A stretch of DNA of 64,000 nt from Candidatus Geocrenenecus huangii (GCA_023254095.1 JALNLM010000003.1:5477-69476), one strand, 5' to 3'. Positions 10,089-20,171 are shown, counted from the stretch's first letter. The notes: generated by a model not told the origin, from the sequence alone. Translations and numbers: made by a program.

Positions 10089-10781
10089 TTGAGGATGTCT
10101 AGGGCTGGATACATATCTAGTAAGGCGATGATCCATGGAAGAATTGAAGAAGATGTAGCAATATATGGACCGTCTAGGGTCGGCAAAGACACGTTTGTAG
10201 ATCGATGGGTCCAAGTCGGTTATCCATCTAGAGAAAGATTAATGAAAGTTGTTAAACTCGATCATTCTAGTCTAGATAATGTAAGTGAAGGGGCCACAAT
10301 AGGTGATCGATGCATCGTGAGAAGTTTCTCCATAATCTATGATAGAGTAAGGATAGGTGATGATGTAGAACTTGGCCATGGGGTGTTGGTACGTTCTAAC
10401 TCCACCATAGGCTCAAGATCCAGGATAGGCAGCTATACACAATTAGATGGAGAAGTACATATCGGAGAAGATGTAATAATACAGTCATTAGTCTATCTTC
10501 CACATCTAACCGAGGTAGGAGATAAAGTATTCATCGGCCCAAACGTTGTCGTAACAAATGATAAGTATCCAGTAGGCACAATCCAGGGAGTAAAGATTGG
10601 TGGAAGATCCATCATAGGAGCTAATTCAACCATCCTGGCGGGAGTAATTATTGGTGAAGACTCAGTAGTAGGAGCAGGCTCGATAGTTACCCACGATGTG
10701 CCACCATCAACAGTTGTCATAGGCGCACCGGCTAGACCATATATAAGTAGAAAGGAATACGAAGAAAAGAGAATGAAATGA
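10089..10781 (+). CDS. hexapeptide-repeat (left-handed beta-helix) acyltransferase
   Basis: Repeated [LIV]G-x4 hexads (IGDDVELGHGVLVRSNSTIGSRSRIGSYTQL..IGANSTILAGVIIGEDSVVGAGSIV). Confidence 0.75.
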   Translation: MRMSRAGYISSKAMIHGRIEEDVAIYGPSRVGKDTFVDRWVQVGYPSRERLMKVVKLDHSSLDNVSEGATIGDRCIVRSFSIIYDRVRIGDDVELGHGVLVRSNSTIGSRSRIGSYTQLDGEVHIGEDVIIQSLVYLPHLTEVGDKVFIGPNVVVTNDKYPVGTIQGVKIGGRSIIGANSTILAGVIIGEDSVVGAGSIVTHDVPPSTVVIGAPARPYISRKEYEEKRMK

Positions 10782-10850
10782 TAGATTTTTGGAATGGAAT
10801 ATTTATATAACCGGCATACTAGTAAGTAAATGCAAGTAAGGAGGTAGGTA

Positions 10851-11159
10851 ATGCCAGAGATCTGCCCAGTTTGTGGGTTGCCTAAATCGATATGCGTATG
10901 TAGAACGATAAGCCGAGAACAGCAGAGAATAAAAGTAAAATTGGAGACAAGAAAATGGGGTCGCCCTGTAACCATTATTGAAGGATTAGATGGAGATAGG
11001 AATGAGCTCGAACAATTAGCTAAAAAACTTAAATCTATATGTGCTTCGGGTGGAACAGTAAAGAATGGAGTAATCCTCCTACAAGGAGACCATAGAGACA
11101 AAGTCAAAGAAGTACTGTTATCAATAGGTCATAGTGAGGAAAACATAGAAGTAGTCTAA
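10851..11159 (+). CDS. sui1: translation initiation factor SUI1 (aIF1)
   Basis: N-terminal CPVCG..CVC knuckle, then RIKVKLETRKWGRPVTIIEGL. SD GGAGGT precedes the ATG. Confidence 0.9.
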   Translation: MPEICPVCGLPKSICVCRTISREQQRIKVKLETRKWGRPVTIIEGLDGDRNELEQLAKKLKSICASGGTVKNGVILLQGDHRDKVKEVLLSIGHSEENIEVV

Positions 11160-11323
11160 TTAGCCCAAGATCCTTGGAAAACCTCAGGGTAGCTAACCTC
11201 TTACTTAGTACTGTGGTATAGGACTCTATGAGAAATATCTAGATGAAGCTTGGATCTAAGGAACCAAACCCTAGAAGGGTAATGATGTTTTGAGAATCCT
11301 AGAAGGTCATCTCGTCATTTTTC

Positions 11324-12247
11324 CTAGATAGCAATGCCTCCTTCTAGTACTTCTTTTAATCCTTTAAAGCGATTTCGAACCGTGACCTCCGTTACACCAG
11401 CAGCTCTAGCAATATCTTTCTGAGTTATATTCTGAGTTGTTTCTTGGCAGGCCATATACAAGGCTGCGGCAGCTATACCTACGGGGTCTTTACCTACTGT
11501 TGCGCCTTTCTTTGCAGCTTCTTGAAGTATCCTTAATGCTTCTTGCACAGTTCTCTGATCTAGTCCAACCTTCGAAGCAATCTTATTCAAGTATATTGCT
11601 GGGTCCGCTACAGGAACCTTAAACTTTAGATATTTTAACAGTAATCTGTATCCTTGAGCTATAGTCTTCCTCTTAACTACAGGATAAGCTTTTTCAAGTT
11701 CTCTAAGGTCTCGAGGTGCGCCCATCGCTCTACATGCAGCGTAGACTGCTGCAGCCATTATGGACCTTATACTTCTACCTCTGACTAAACCTTCTTTCAA
11801 TGCTTTTCTATATATTAGCATGGCTTTCTCAGCTATAGCCTGACTGAGGTGGAGTTTATCAACGTATATCTGTAGTATATTTACTGCTTGTTGTAGGTTT
11901 CTAGCTTCTGAAGCATCTACCTGGCTTGTAGCATCAAGCTTTTTTAATCTAAGTAGCTTCTCTCTAGTTTCTTTTGGAAGTTTTCTCCCAGTAGCATCTT
12001 CATCGATCTTGTCTATTACTGTAGATAGACCATGATCACGATACATAATCGATAATGGTGCTCCAACTCTACTCCTATTTTCTTCTTCATCATCTATACT
12101 TCTCCATTCTGGGCCACGGTCTATATCTCTCTCTAAGACTACGTATCCACAGCTAGGGCAAGTTACTTCCCCTGTCCTAGGGTCGGTTACTAAAACATCG
12201 TTTCCACATTCAGGGCATATCATTCCTTCTTTCCAACCTTTCATCAT
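11324..12247 (-). CDS. tfb: transcription initiation factor IIB (TFB)
   Basis: Zn ribbon CPECG..CPSCG, B-reader/linker GPEWRS, two cyclin folds, and a C-terminal HTH DIARAAGVTEVTVRNR. Confidence 0.95.
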   Translation of the reverse strand: MMKGWKEGMICPECGNDVLVTDPRTGEVTCPSCGYVVLERDIDRGPEWRSIDDEEENRSRVGAPLSIMYRDHGLSTVIDKIDEDATGRKLPKETREKLLRLKKLDATSQVDASEARNLQQAVNILQIYVDKLHLSQAIAEKAMLIYRKALKEGLVRGRSIRSIMAAAVYAACRAMGAPRDLRELEKAYPVVKRKTIAQGYRLLLKYLKFKVPVADPAIYLNKIASKVGLDQRTVQEALRILQEAAKKGATVGKDPVGIAAAALYMACQETTQNITQKDIARAAGVTEVTVRNRFKGLKEVLEGGIAI

Positions 12248-12271
12248 TTTTTCTATTCACCTCCATAAAGT

Positions 12272-12283
12272 AAATTTTTTATA
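12272..12283 (-). promoter_or_regulatory. TATA-like box upstream of tfb
   Basis: The minus strand reads TATAAAAAATTT about 30 nt upstream of ATG 12247. GGAGGTGA lies at 12264..12257. Confidence 0.4.
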
Positions 12284-12499
12284 CCCCAACCAACCGATAT
12301 ACAAAACTTGTATATTAGTCTTACCTCCCTTGGAGGAATATGCTTTACTCCTATATTTAAATATTTCTATTATTCACACAAATGGATACATCATATATCT
12401 GAGACGTAACATTCATAAGACTATTAAAAATACACGAAAAGATTCTCAAAGAGAGCTTATCGAGGCGATATATTAAGAATTAGACTGCATATACCGGGT

Positions 12500-14305
12500 T
12501 CAAGAAATATACCATCTTGTTCCAGATGGAGTGTCTTCTAGGGATATTCCTATATTCTTTAGCTTTTCTCGAATTTCATCTGCTAAAGCGTACTCCTTCT
12601 TTTGCCGAAGCTTGTTTCTAACGTCTACTATCAACTTTATCAGCTCGACGATTCTTTGATCATCTAGTTTCATGATGTCTTTTTGGAGAATCCCAAGTAT
12701 GCTTCCAAGCTCTCTAAATACACTTACAATCTCATCTGCTAGGTTCTTGTTTATTTCCTTATTCTCTTGACAGTACTTGAATAATGATGTAGCGAAATCG
12801 TGTAGTGCAGCTATGGCTTTAGGTGTATCGAAGTCGTCATCCATAGCATCTAAGAACTCCTTCTTTGCAAGTTGTAGTTTCGCTCTAATCTCTTCTGTTC
12901 CAGGAAGATTTTTTTCGGTTTTAGGCATCATACGAGCATAACGTATAACATTGTATAATCTCTCAAGTCCCTGCTCAGCTTGTTTTATAGGTGTTTCGAT
13001 TAGGTGTTCAGGCTTAATGGGATTCAACGGATCAGGGTCGAATGGAAGTACAAGATCCATTCTATGCCTATATCTCGTTAATAGTACCCAGTATCTCAAG
13101 ACTTCTGGGTCGAATACCTTCAGAGCATCTCTAACAGTTATGTAGTTTCCAAGAGATTTAGACATCTTCTTACCATTAACTGTTAATACATCTGTATGTA
13201 TCCATGATCTGACCCATGGTTTGATATTTGTATATGCTTCAGCCTGAGCTATCTCTGCTTCATGATGAGGGAACATCAATTCTTTAGCTCCTCCATGTAT
13301 ATCTATTTGGGAGCCGAGCAGCCTCAAGATAATCGTTGTATCTTCGATATGCCAGCCAGGTCTTCCTAAACCCCATGGAGAAGACCAGCATGGTTCTTTC
13401 GGGTAGCCTTTCCTTATCTTTCTCCATAGAGCCCAGTCTGCATCATTCTTCTTATTTGGGTCAGGCTCAATCCTATATACTCTATACTCTCTAGCTGGAT
13501 TAACTCTTGAAAGCTTACCATAATCTTCGAACTTCGATGAATCAAAATACAATGCATTCACAGTATCGTATGCGTACCCTTTCTCTTCTAATCTACGTGC
13601 AACTTCTATTATCTCAGGGATAAAGTCGCTCGCTCTAGCAAATAATGTAACAGTAATTATCTTGAGGGCGAGCAGGTCTTCCCTGAAGTATTCTTCAAAT
13701 TCTCTTGCTAAACCTAGAGGGTCGAGCCTACTTCCTCGAGCCAATAATTCTTCAATTATTTTCTTACCATTCTCTGATATACGTATCTCGCTGTCGGACG
13801 TTAATCTATCTGTAAGAGAAGCATATTCTTCTTCCAAGGTCCTCTTTTCATCCTCATCCTCTGTCAGAGACATCTTCTTCTCTAATTCTATTAATTGTTT
13901 CCTAAGATCTGTTATGCCGGCCACTTCAACATAACCTGATTTCACCAACTCGATTATTCTATCTTTCATGTACTCTAATCCAATCTCGAGATTATTCATT
14001 ATCTCACTTATTCTTCTATCAGAATCTTTGAGAAGATTGAGGATCCGTCTATCGACCGACCGGTTTATTATCTTATCATCTACGTCTGTAATATTCATCA
14101 AGAAAAAGACCGTGTATCCCTTATAGGTTAGATATCTGGCTAAGACATCATAAAAGATGTAAGTCTTCATATGGCCGAGATGCATATAATCATATACCGT
14201 CGGTCCACAAACATACATGAACACTTTACTCCCACTATTAGGAGTGAATTCCTCAACCTCTCTCGTTAAAGAATTATAGATCCTCAATTTTTTATCGGTT
14301 ACCAT
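12500..14305 (-). CDS. cysS: cysteinyl-tRNA synthetase with large insertion
   Basis: CGPTVYDYMHLGH (HIGH), KMSKS and GRPGWHIE are present. At 601 aa it is far longer than the ~460-480 aa I recall as typical. Confidence 0.9.
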   Translation of the reverse strand: MVTDKKLRIYNSLTREVEEFTPNSGSKVFMYVCGPTVYDYMHLGHMKTYIFYDVLARYLTYKGYTVFFLMNITDVDDKIINRSVDRRILNLLKDSDRRISEIMNNLEIGLEYMKDRIIELVKSGYVEVAGITDLRKQLIELEKKMSLTEDEDEKRTLEEEYASLTDRLTSDSEIRISENGKKIIEELLARGSRLDPLGLAREFEEYFREDLLALKIITVTLFARASDFIPEIIEVARRLEEKGYAYDTVNALYFDSSKFEDYGKLSRVNPAREYRVYRIEPDPNKKNDADWALWRKIRKGYPKEPCWSSPWGLGRPGWHIEDTTIILRLLGSQIDIHGGAKELMFPHHEAEIAQAEAYTNIKPWVRSWIHTDVLTVNGKKMSKSLGNYITVRDALKVFDPEVLRYWVLLTRYRHRMDLVLPFDPDPLNPIKPEHLIETPIKQAEQGLERLYNVIRYARMMPKTEKNLPGTEEIRAKLQLAKKEFLDAMDDDFDTPKAIAALHDFATSLFKYCQENKEINKNLADEIVSVFRELGSILGILQKDIMKLDDQRIVELIKLIVDVRNKLRQKKEYALADEIREKLKNIGISLEDTPSGTRWYIS

Positions 14306-14413
14306 CTTCCTCCATCTATCTCTAAGATAATTAGTTTTAAACTTTAACTAGATATTGAGTACTGTTTATGACTTTAGAAAAGAAAAATAGAGGTTTCTCA
14401 TCTTGAACATCGG

Positions 14414-15130
14414 GTGATAGTGCTGAAGAGCGTTATTCTAGCTGGCGGTTTAGGTAAAAGGTTGAAACCATTAACAGATAAAATACCGAAAGCTCTTCTC
14501 CCGGTAGCCGGCAGATCAATCCTAGAATGGCAGATAGTCTGGCTGAGACATTATGGATTCCGCGATATCATCTTATGTGTTGGATATCTCTGGGAAGAGG
14601 TAAAGAATAAGATTCAAGACGGGAGCGAGTATGGGGTGGAGATTACGTACGTTGTAGAATCCGAGCCTCTAGGAACTGGTGGAGCATTAATGAATGCTAA
14701 GAAAGAACTTGAAGACGTAGAGAAATTCATGGTAATTAATGGAGACATTTTAACCAACATTGATTTAATAGAGTTTTCTAGATGCGCAGTAGGAGATGTT
14801 GGAACTATAGGCCTCGTCCCTCTACCTTCACCATTCGGTATAGTTGATTATGATAAGGATACGCTAAAGATTAAATCATTTATAGAGAAGCCTAGGATAA
14901 AAGATTACTGGATAAATGCTGGGGTATACATTTTTAGAAATGAAGTATTCAGGTACCTCCCAAGGAAGGGGGATATTGAAAGGACTGCCTTCCCGAAGCT
15001 AGCTGGAGAATGTAAGCTTAACGCTGTAACTTTCCCACAAGTGTACTGGACCAGTATAGACAGTCATAAGGATCTAGAAGAAGCCTCAAAGAGCATTCTT
15101 GGGGTTCATCCATTCTGTTTATATGTATAG
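14414..15130 (+). CDS. sugar-1-phosphate nucleotidyltransferase
   Basis: N-terminal ILAGGLGKRLKPLTDKIPKALLPV, the signature of the NTP-transferase family. Confidence 0.85.
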   Translation: MIVLKSVILAGGLGKRLKPLTDKIPKALLPVAGRSILEWQIVWLRHYGFRDIILCVGYLWEEVKNKIQDGSEYGVEITYVVESEPLGTGGALMNAKKELEDVEKFMVINGDILTNIDLIEFSRCAVGDVGTIGLVPLPSPFGIVDYDKDTLKIKSFIEKPRIKDYWINAGVYIFRNEVFRYLPRKGDIERTAFPKLAGECKLNAVTFPQVYWTSIDSHKDLEEASKSILGVHPFCLYV

Positions 15131-15166
15131 TGAAAAAGGAGAAATACAGCATCTTTACGTATTCTA

Positions 15167-15481
15167 GTGATGAATAGCCAGAATATACAGATAAAGATTG
15201 AGGTAGAAGATTTTGAACAACTAGTTCTATTGAGCTCAGTCATGCCAGTATCTCTAATCAACATAGACGTAGAGAAGAAGATTGCATTCGTCTTTCTGCA
15301 GCCTCTCGCTTCGACACTACCCGTAATCTATTTTTCCAGATTGGACAAGATACCTCAGAATAAATTCGTTTATATAAATAGAGTGACTGGCAAGATAAAG
15401 TATGGAGATGAATTCTCCACGGAACCCAACGATATTACGATACCCTTAGTGAGAGTGAAAAGTAGAGACTCGATAGTATAA
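15167..15481 (+). CDS. hypothetical protein
   Basis: 104-aa ORF with normal composition for this window, lying upstream of polB. No motif recognised. Confidence 0.5.
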   Translation: MMNSQNIQIKIEVEDFEQLVLLSSVMPVSLINIDVEKKIAFVFLQPLASTLPVIYFSRLDKIPQNKFVYINRVTGKIKYGDEFSTEPNDITIPLVRVKSRDSIV

Positions 15482-15644
15482 CTCGAACCGTGAAAGTCCA
15501 TGTTCCTAGAATAAGTATGAGGATTGTACTGGAGACCTCAATAAGAATCCCCCGACATTTCAGCCGTACTTTTCAAAAATATATTCTCAAGCTTTATTAG
15601 ATCCAGATTTATTTACTTCTCTGTAGAACATCATCTTGGAAGAA

Positions 15645-17924
15645 ATGAAGATTACCGGGGAATTTCTACTTTTAGATGTTGCCGTTGAAGTAGAGAACGG
15701 TAAGCCCAGTATCTGGCTTTGGTGTAAAGATAGGAATGGGGAAACCTACGTCGTTAAACAAGCGTATTCTCCTAGTTTCTACATAGTATCAGATAAGACT
15801 GGAGAAGTTCTCGAAACATTAAGGAGTCAGCAACTCAGGGTTGAAGAAGTTGATAGAAAAATTAGAGGTAGAAACGTTAAAGCTGTCAGAGTCTTTGTAG
15901 ATGTAGAGGACGTCGAATCCGCCGCAAGGAAGATTACTAGAAATCTAAGAAATGTCGAGGTTTTTGAAGAAGACATTAGAACGTCTGTGAAGTACCTGAT
16001 AGAGAGAGGCTTGAAACCATCTGGTGGAATAAGAGTTGAGGGGAAATTAACCGAGGATAAAGAATTTAAGGTCATTGAAGCTGAGAAAGTTGAATACGTA
16101 CCAGACATTATCCCCTCTCCTCTCCGAGTCTTATCTTTTAATGCAGTATACTATTCTAAGAGTGGTTCTCCACGACCTGAGAGAGACCCGATTATATTAA
16201 TCTCTATCGCAACATCGAAGGGGTCGAGAGTCCAGTTGACGGGGGATGAAAGAAAGATAATACAAGAATTCCTGAAGATTATCGAAAAAGAGGATCCAGA
16301 CGTTATAGTAGGTTTCTCCTCGAATAGGATTCACTGGAACTATCTAATGGAGAGAGCACGTATACATGGGTTAAAGCTTACAGTTGGGAGACTCAGCTCA
16401 GAGCCTCATACGAGCATTCATGGACACGTATCCATTAGAGGTAGGCTAAACATAGACTTTGAGGACATGGCTAGAGATATCCCTGAACTAACCGTTGAGA
16501 CATTAGAAGAATTTGTAAACTACCTGGGTTTACAATACACTTTTGACGTAGTTGAAGATTGGGAAATAGCTGATACATGGGAGAAGAATCCAGAAAAGGT
16601 CAAGAGATACTCTCTACAGATAGTAGAAGCGTTATTGAGATGTTATGAAGCGTTGGTAGATTTCGTATTCAGCCTGAGCGAGTTAACAGGGATGCCCGCC
16701 GACTATGTTCTTACAGCCTCCACGGGCTTCAGGGTAGAGAATTATCTGATGTACCTCGCTGTAAGAAACAGTGAGTTGATCCCTAAGAAACCTGAAATCT
16801 CTCACGTATCATATGTAGGCGGCCTTGTCAAGAGCCCTCACCCTGGACTACATAAGAATGTTGTTGTAGTAGATTTCAGGTCGATGTATCCAAGCTTGAT
16901 GATCAAGTACAATATCTCCTTCGATACTCTAAGCGAGGATGGAGAGTATGTTTCCCCGAACAATTATAGATTCCGCAGGGAGCCTGAAGGGTTCCTCCCA
17001 CATGCATTGAAAACATTGGTATCTGAGAGGAGGCAGATACAAGAGAGGCTGAAGAATCTCGACCTCGAATCTGTTGAGGCAAAAGTATTGAATGCACGTC
17101 AAAAAGCTATTAAAGTAATCACTAACGCCGTATATGGCTATACTGGATGGGTTGGAGCTAGATGGTATACTCGGGAGGTAGCAGAAGCTACCACGAGCTG
17201 GGGTAGGCAGGTAATACTGGAATCAATCAAGAAAGCCGAAGAACTTGGTATGAGGGTCATATACTCTGATACAGATTCGCTCTTCCTACAAGACCACGCT
17301 GGAAAGCTTGAAGCTTTCCTTAAATGGATAGAAGATGAACTTGGCCTTGAAGCTAAAGTTGACAAGATCTATAAACGTGTAATCTTCACAGAGGCTAAGA
17401 AAAAATATGCAGGAATAACTGAAGACTCAAGAATAGATATTGTTGGGTTGGAGGCTGTTAGAGGAGATTGGAGTTTAATAGCTAGAGAGGCACAGAAAGA
17501 AACCGTTAAAACATTACTGGAGACGGCCGATGTACAAGAAGCATTAAAAGCTTCTAGAAAATATGTAAAGAAGCTAATGAATGGAGATGTGGAATTAAGG
17601 CAGTTGATAATATGGAAGCAGATAACGAGACCGCTAGATGAGTATGAAGCTACTCAGCCACATATAGTTGTAGCACGCCAATTAATACAAGAGGGGTGGA
17701 GGATACAGCCTGGAGATAAAGTAGGGTACATCGCCGTCCGAGGGGGAGGACCACTATATAGGAGAGTTAAAGTATACTTTAAGGTTAGTAAAGAAGAAGT
17801 CGACTGGGAGTATTACTTAGATAAGCAGGTTATACAAGCATGTATTCGCATTCTTGAACCATTAGGGGTTAAGCCTGAAGAATTGAAGAAGATTGGGGAA
17901 GTCTCTTTAACAGATTTTCTCTAA
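15645..17924 (+). CDS. polB: family-B DNA polymerase, PolB3-like, with degenerate exonuclease motifs
   Basis: Polymerase motifs are intact: A DFRSMYPSL, B KxxxNAVYGY, C YSDTDS. A C-terminal PIP-like SLTDFL is present. The ATG 15645 start aligns with PolB N-termini. Confidence 0.9.
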   Translation: MKITGEFLLLDVAVEVENGKPSIWLWCKDRNGETYVVKQAYSPSFYIVSDKTGEVLETLRSQQLRVEEVDRKIRGRNVKAVRVFVDVEDVESAARKITRNLRNVEVFEEDIRTSVKYLIERGLKPSGGIRVEGKLTEDKEFKVIEAEKVEYVPDIIPSPLRVLSFNAVYYSKSGSPRPERDPIILISIATSKGSRVQLTGDERKIIQEFLKIIEKEDPDVIVGFSSNRIHWNYLMERARIHGLKLTVGRLSSEPHTSIHGHVSIRGRLNIDFEDMARDIPELTVETLEEFVNYLGLQYTFDVVEDWEIADTWEKNPEKVKRYSLQIVEALLRCYEALVDFVFSLSELTGMPADYVLTASTGFRVENYLMYLAVRNSELIPKKPEISHVSYVGGLVKSPHPGLHKNVVVVDFRSMYPSLMIKYNISFDTLSEDGEYVSPNNYRFRREPEGFLPHALKTLVSERRQIQERLKNLDLESVEAKVLNARQKAIKVITNAVYGYTGWVGARWYTREVAEATTSWGRQVILESIKKAEELGMRVIYSDTDSLFLQDHAGKLEAFLKWIEDELGLEAKVDKIYKRVIFTEAKKKYAGITEDSRIDIVGLEAVRGDWSLIAREAQKETVKTLLETADVQEALKASRKYVKKLMNGDVELRQLIIWKQITRPLDEYEATQPHIVVARQLIQEGWRIQPGDKVGYIAVRGGGPLYRRVKVYFKVSKEEVDWEYYLDKQVIQACIRILEPLGVKPEELKKIGEVSLTDFL

Positions 17925-17973
17925 AGATAACTATACTGTGAACATAGATGCATGAGAACCCTCTTCCAGACTA

Positions 17974-18870
17974 TTATTGATAGTTTTCTAATTCTAGAAA
18001 TCTTTGAAGAAACTCCTTGAGATCTTCGTATGGTTTGCCTTTTAAGAGTGAGAAGCCATGCGTTTCTCCTTCATAGAGCTTAACTACATAGTTTTTCTTA
18101 CCCAGTTTTTGAAATGCCTCCCCAAGTAAAACACTGTGTTCCGGAGGGATCGTTTCATCTCTTAATCCATGCATCAACAACACATTTCCTTTAATCTTCC
18201 CAGCATTATTCAAGGGAGATAATTCCCTGATTACTAACGTCTTGTTGAGTCCGTTTCCCTCAATGTATCTCATCAAGCTAGTGTAATAGCGGCCCCACTC
18301 AGCCCATAAACCAGGTTCTTTCCTAGCATGATTGAACAAAGCATCTAGGTCTGTTGGTGCATACGCGGCCACAACACATTTTACACTTGTCATCGCTCCT
18401 GCCATCAACGCAAGATATCCTCCCCTACTCGCCCCGATTAGACATGTTCTCTCGTAATCCACGAGATGTCTAGCCTCAATATACTCGAAAGCTTGGACAA
18501 CGTAGTTTACCTCATCTATCAATGTAAGATTATCAGGGTAATCGATGGAGATAATTGTAAATCCCAAGCCTCCCAGTTTATCATAGAAGCTTCTACAATA
18601 TTCAACGGCCACCTCACTGGATGCTCTACCACCGTGTATTATTATTAATCCTGGAGTAGAGTCTGATTTACGACCGCATATAATCAATCTACCGACACCT
18701 ACTGTTTCTTCTTGGAATTTTGGAATTGTGCTTACCCCGAAAGTAATCATAGTGAATAACATAAGAACCGCTACGAAGATTATTGAAGATAACAAGATGA
18801 CAACTAGTAATCTATGTATCCTGATCTTCAATCTTCCCTTAACCCTCCTCAGAGTTCTTAATCTATACAT
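17974..18870 (-). CDS. membrane-anchored alpha/beta hydrolase (S9/dienelactone-hydrolase-like)
   Basis: N-terminal TM helix, nucleophile elbow GASRGG, and a distal GLRDE..GETHGF acid/His pair. Confidence 0.75.
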   Translation of the reverse strand: MYRLRTLRRVKGRLKIRIHRLLVVILLSSIIFVAVLMLFTMITFGVSTIPKFQEETVGVGRLIICGRKSDSTPGLIIIHGGRASSEVAVEYCRSFYDKLGGLGFTIISIDYPDNLTLIDEVNYVVQAFEYIEARHLVDYERTCLIGASRGGYLALMAGAMTSVKCVVAAYAPTDLDALFNHARKEPGLWAEWGRYYTSLMRYIEGNGLNKTLVIRELSPLNNAGKIKGNVLLMHGLRDETIPPEHSVLLGEAFQKLGKKNYVVKLYEGETHGFSLLKGKPYEDLKEFLQRFLELENYQ

Positions 18871-19033
18871 TATTTAAACTATGCAATAAGATTTTTCAGT
18901 ACTAGTTAGGAGATAAATTGTCTCTTTGACATACCAGTCTATTTCCAACTATATTCTTTAACATGACGGGGCCTGTTAAATTAGTTATTATAGTGGTCTA
19001 GCTTAAGGTTAATTATGCGGTTGTGATTGGAAG

Positions 19034-19597
19034 ATGAGTAGGAATTATATCCTAGTCGGAATTGCGGGTTCAAGCGATAGAGACCTCGTAGAAGAAGCTG
19101 TCAAGAAAACGAGGAGATTTGCCCAGAGGTTATCTATGTATAAGGATGAAGTTAGACTGCTAAGTGGTGGAGACGGCGGTCTAATGAGAATAGCATGCGA
19201 AGAATTTGTTAAACATGGTGGAGAAACAATAGGCATTATTCCCATTGAGGATGAAGAAAGAAAACCTGGAGATCCAAGATATAATCCACATAATACTATG
19301 AGAATACTTACAGGAGTAACTTTCCAGACTAGAAGTATAATGCTCGTCCGCAGTAGTTACTCATTTGTAGTCCTAGGGGGCGGAGCAGGAACAATAATAG
19401 AAGCTTATCTTGCATATCTTTACGCTATACCACTCATAATTATGACTGGGACAGGATACCCCTCCGACAATCTCGAAAAAACATGTATTGATGGGTACTT
19501 AGACCATAGGAGGATAACTAGACCCTACTTTACGAGGGATCCTGAGGAGGCCGCAGACCTAGCTTACAAGTTTGGCTCTCAGAGACACCAACACTAG
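19034..19597 (+). CDS. TIGR00725/LOG-like (SLOG) Rossmann protein
   Basis: LLSGGDGGLMRIACEEF..GGETIGIIP and VVLGGGAGTIIE match the LOG/TIGR00725 pattern. Confidence 0.7.
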   Translation: MSRNYILVGIAGSSDRDLVEEAVKKTRRFAQRLSMYKDEVRLLSGGDGGLMRIACEEFVKHGGETIGIIPIEDEERKPGDPRYNPHNTMRILTGVTFQTRSIMLVRSSYSFVVLGGGAGTIIEAYLAYLYAIPLIIMTGTGYPSDNLEKTCIDGYLDHRRITRPYFTRDPEEAADLAYKFGSQRHQH

Positions 19598-19623
19598 ACA
19601 TATTTGATTAAATTATGTTCAGT

Positions 19624-20151
19624 TTACCTAAGCTGATAATATGCGCCTACTATTGCGAGTACTATCACTATGATGAGAGAGATGATCGGCGTTAACGGTA
19701 TAATGAGGTTTATAGAGTATGTGACGAGGAGCGCCCCGAGTATTGCTGTTCCAATAGATAAAAGCTTATTGAAGAGTATCAAGACCACCGCGAAGACTAC
19801 CACGGCAATTACCAACGAAATGACCCAGTCATGGAAATATGGATAAACAAACCTATACGCTAGATATCCTACTATCATTGCTCCAAGTAGCTGGATTAAA
19901 GCTATTGCTAATACTCCAGCAATTATGAAGCCTAGAAGGGACATTATGTAGCTGAATGGTTCACCTATCTCTAACCACGGGACCACGTATTGATAGATTA
20001 GGATCGCTCCGATGATACCTCCAACTATGAATGAAACTACTTTTACAAGCTTCCTCCCATAGAAGGTCATTATAAGACCCAGTATTATGAATAAAATAGC
20101 TAGAAAGAAATCTATTGATTGAAGACTTACGTTCATCTGTAGAATCATCAC
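19624..20151 (-). CDS. polytopic membrane protein
   Basis: 175 aa that are almost entirely hydrophobic, with 5-6 predicted TM helices. Confidence 0.6.
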   Translation of the reverse strand: MMILQMNVSLQSIDFFLAILFIILGLIMTFYGRKLVKVVSFIVGGIIGAILIYQYVVPWLEIGEPFSYIMSLLGFIIAGVLAIALIQLLGAMIVGYLAYRFVYPYFHDWVISLVIAVVVFAVVLILFNKLLSIGTAILGALLVTYSINLIIPLTPIISLIIVIVLAIVGAYYQLR

Positions 20152-20171
20152 AGGATCTCAATTCCCTCTAA

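Noticed and set aside
10493-11107. A 204-aa minus-strand ORF spanning the end of the hexapeptide transferase gene, the gap, and most of sui1.
   Set aside because: It overlaps two well-supported plus-strand genes, has low-complexity composition and shows no recognisable domain.
11270-11323. A C-box-like ATGATGT and a CCTAGAAGG direct repeat downstream of sui1, considered as a possible C/D-box sRNA.
   Set aside because: There is no CTGA D box at the proper spacing on either strand, and no terminal stem. The region abuts the tfb stop codon.
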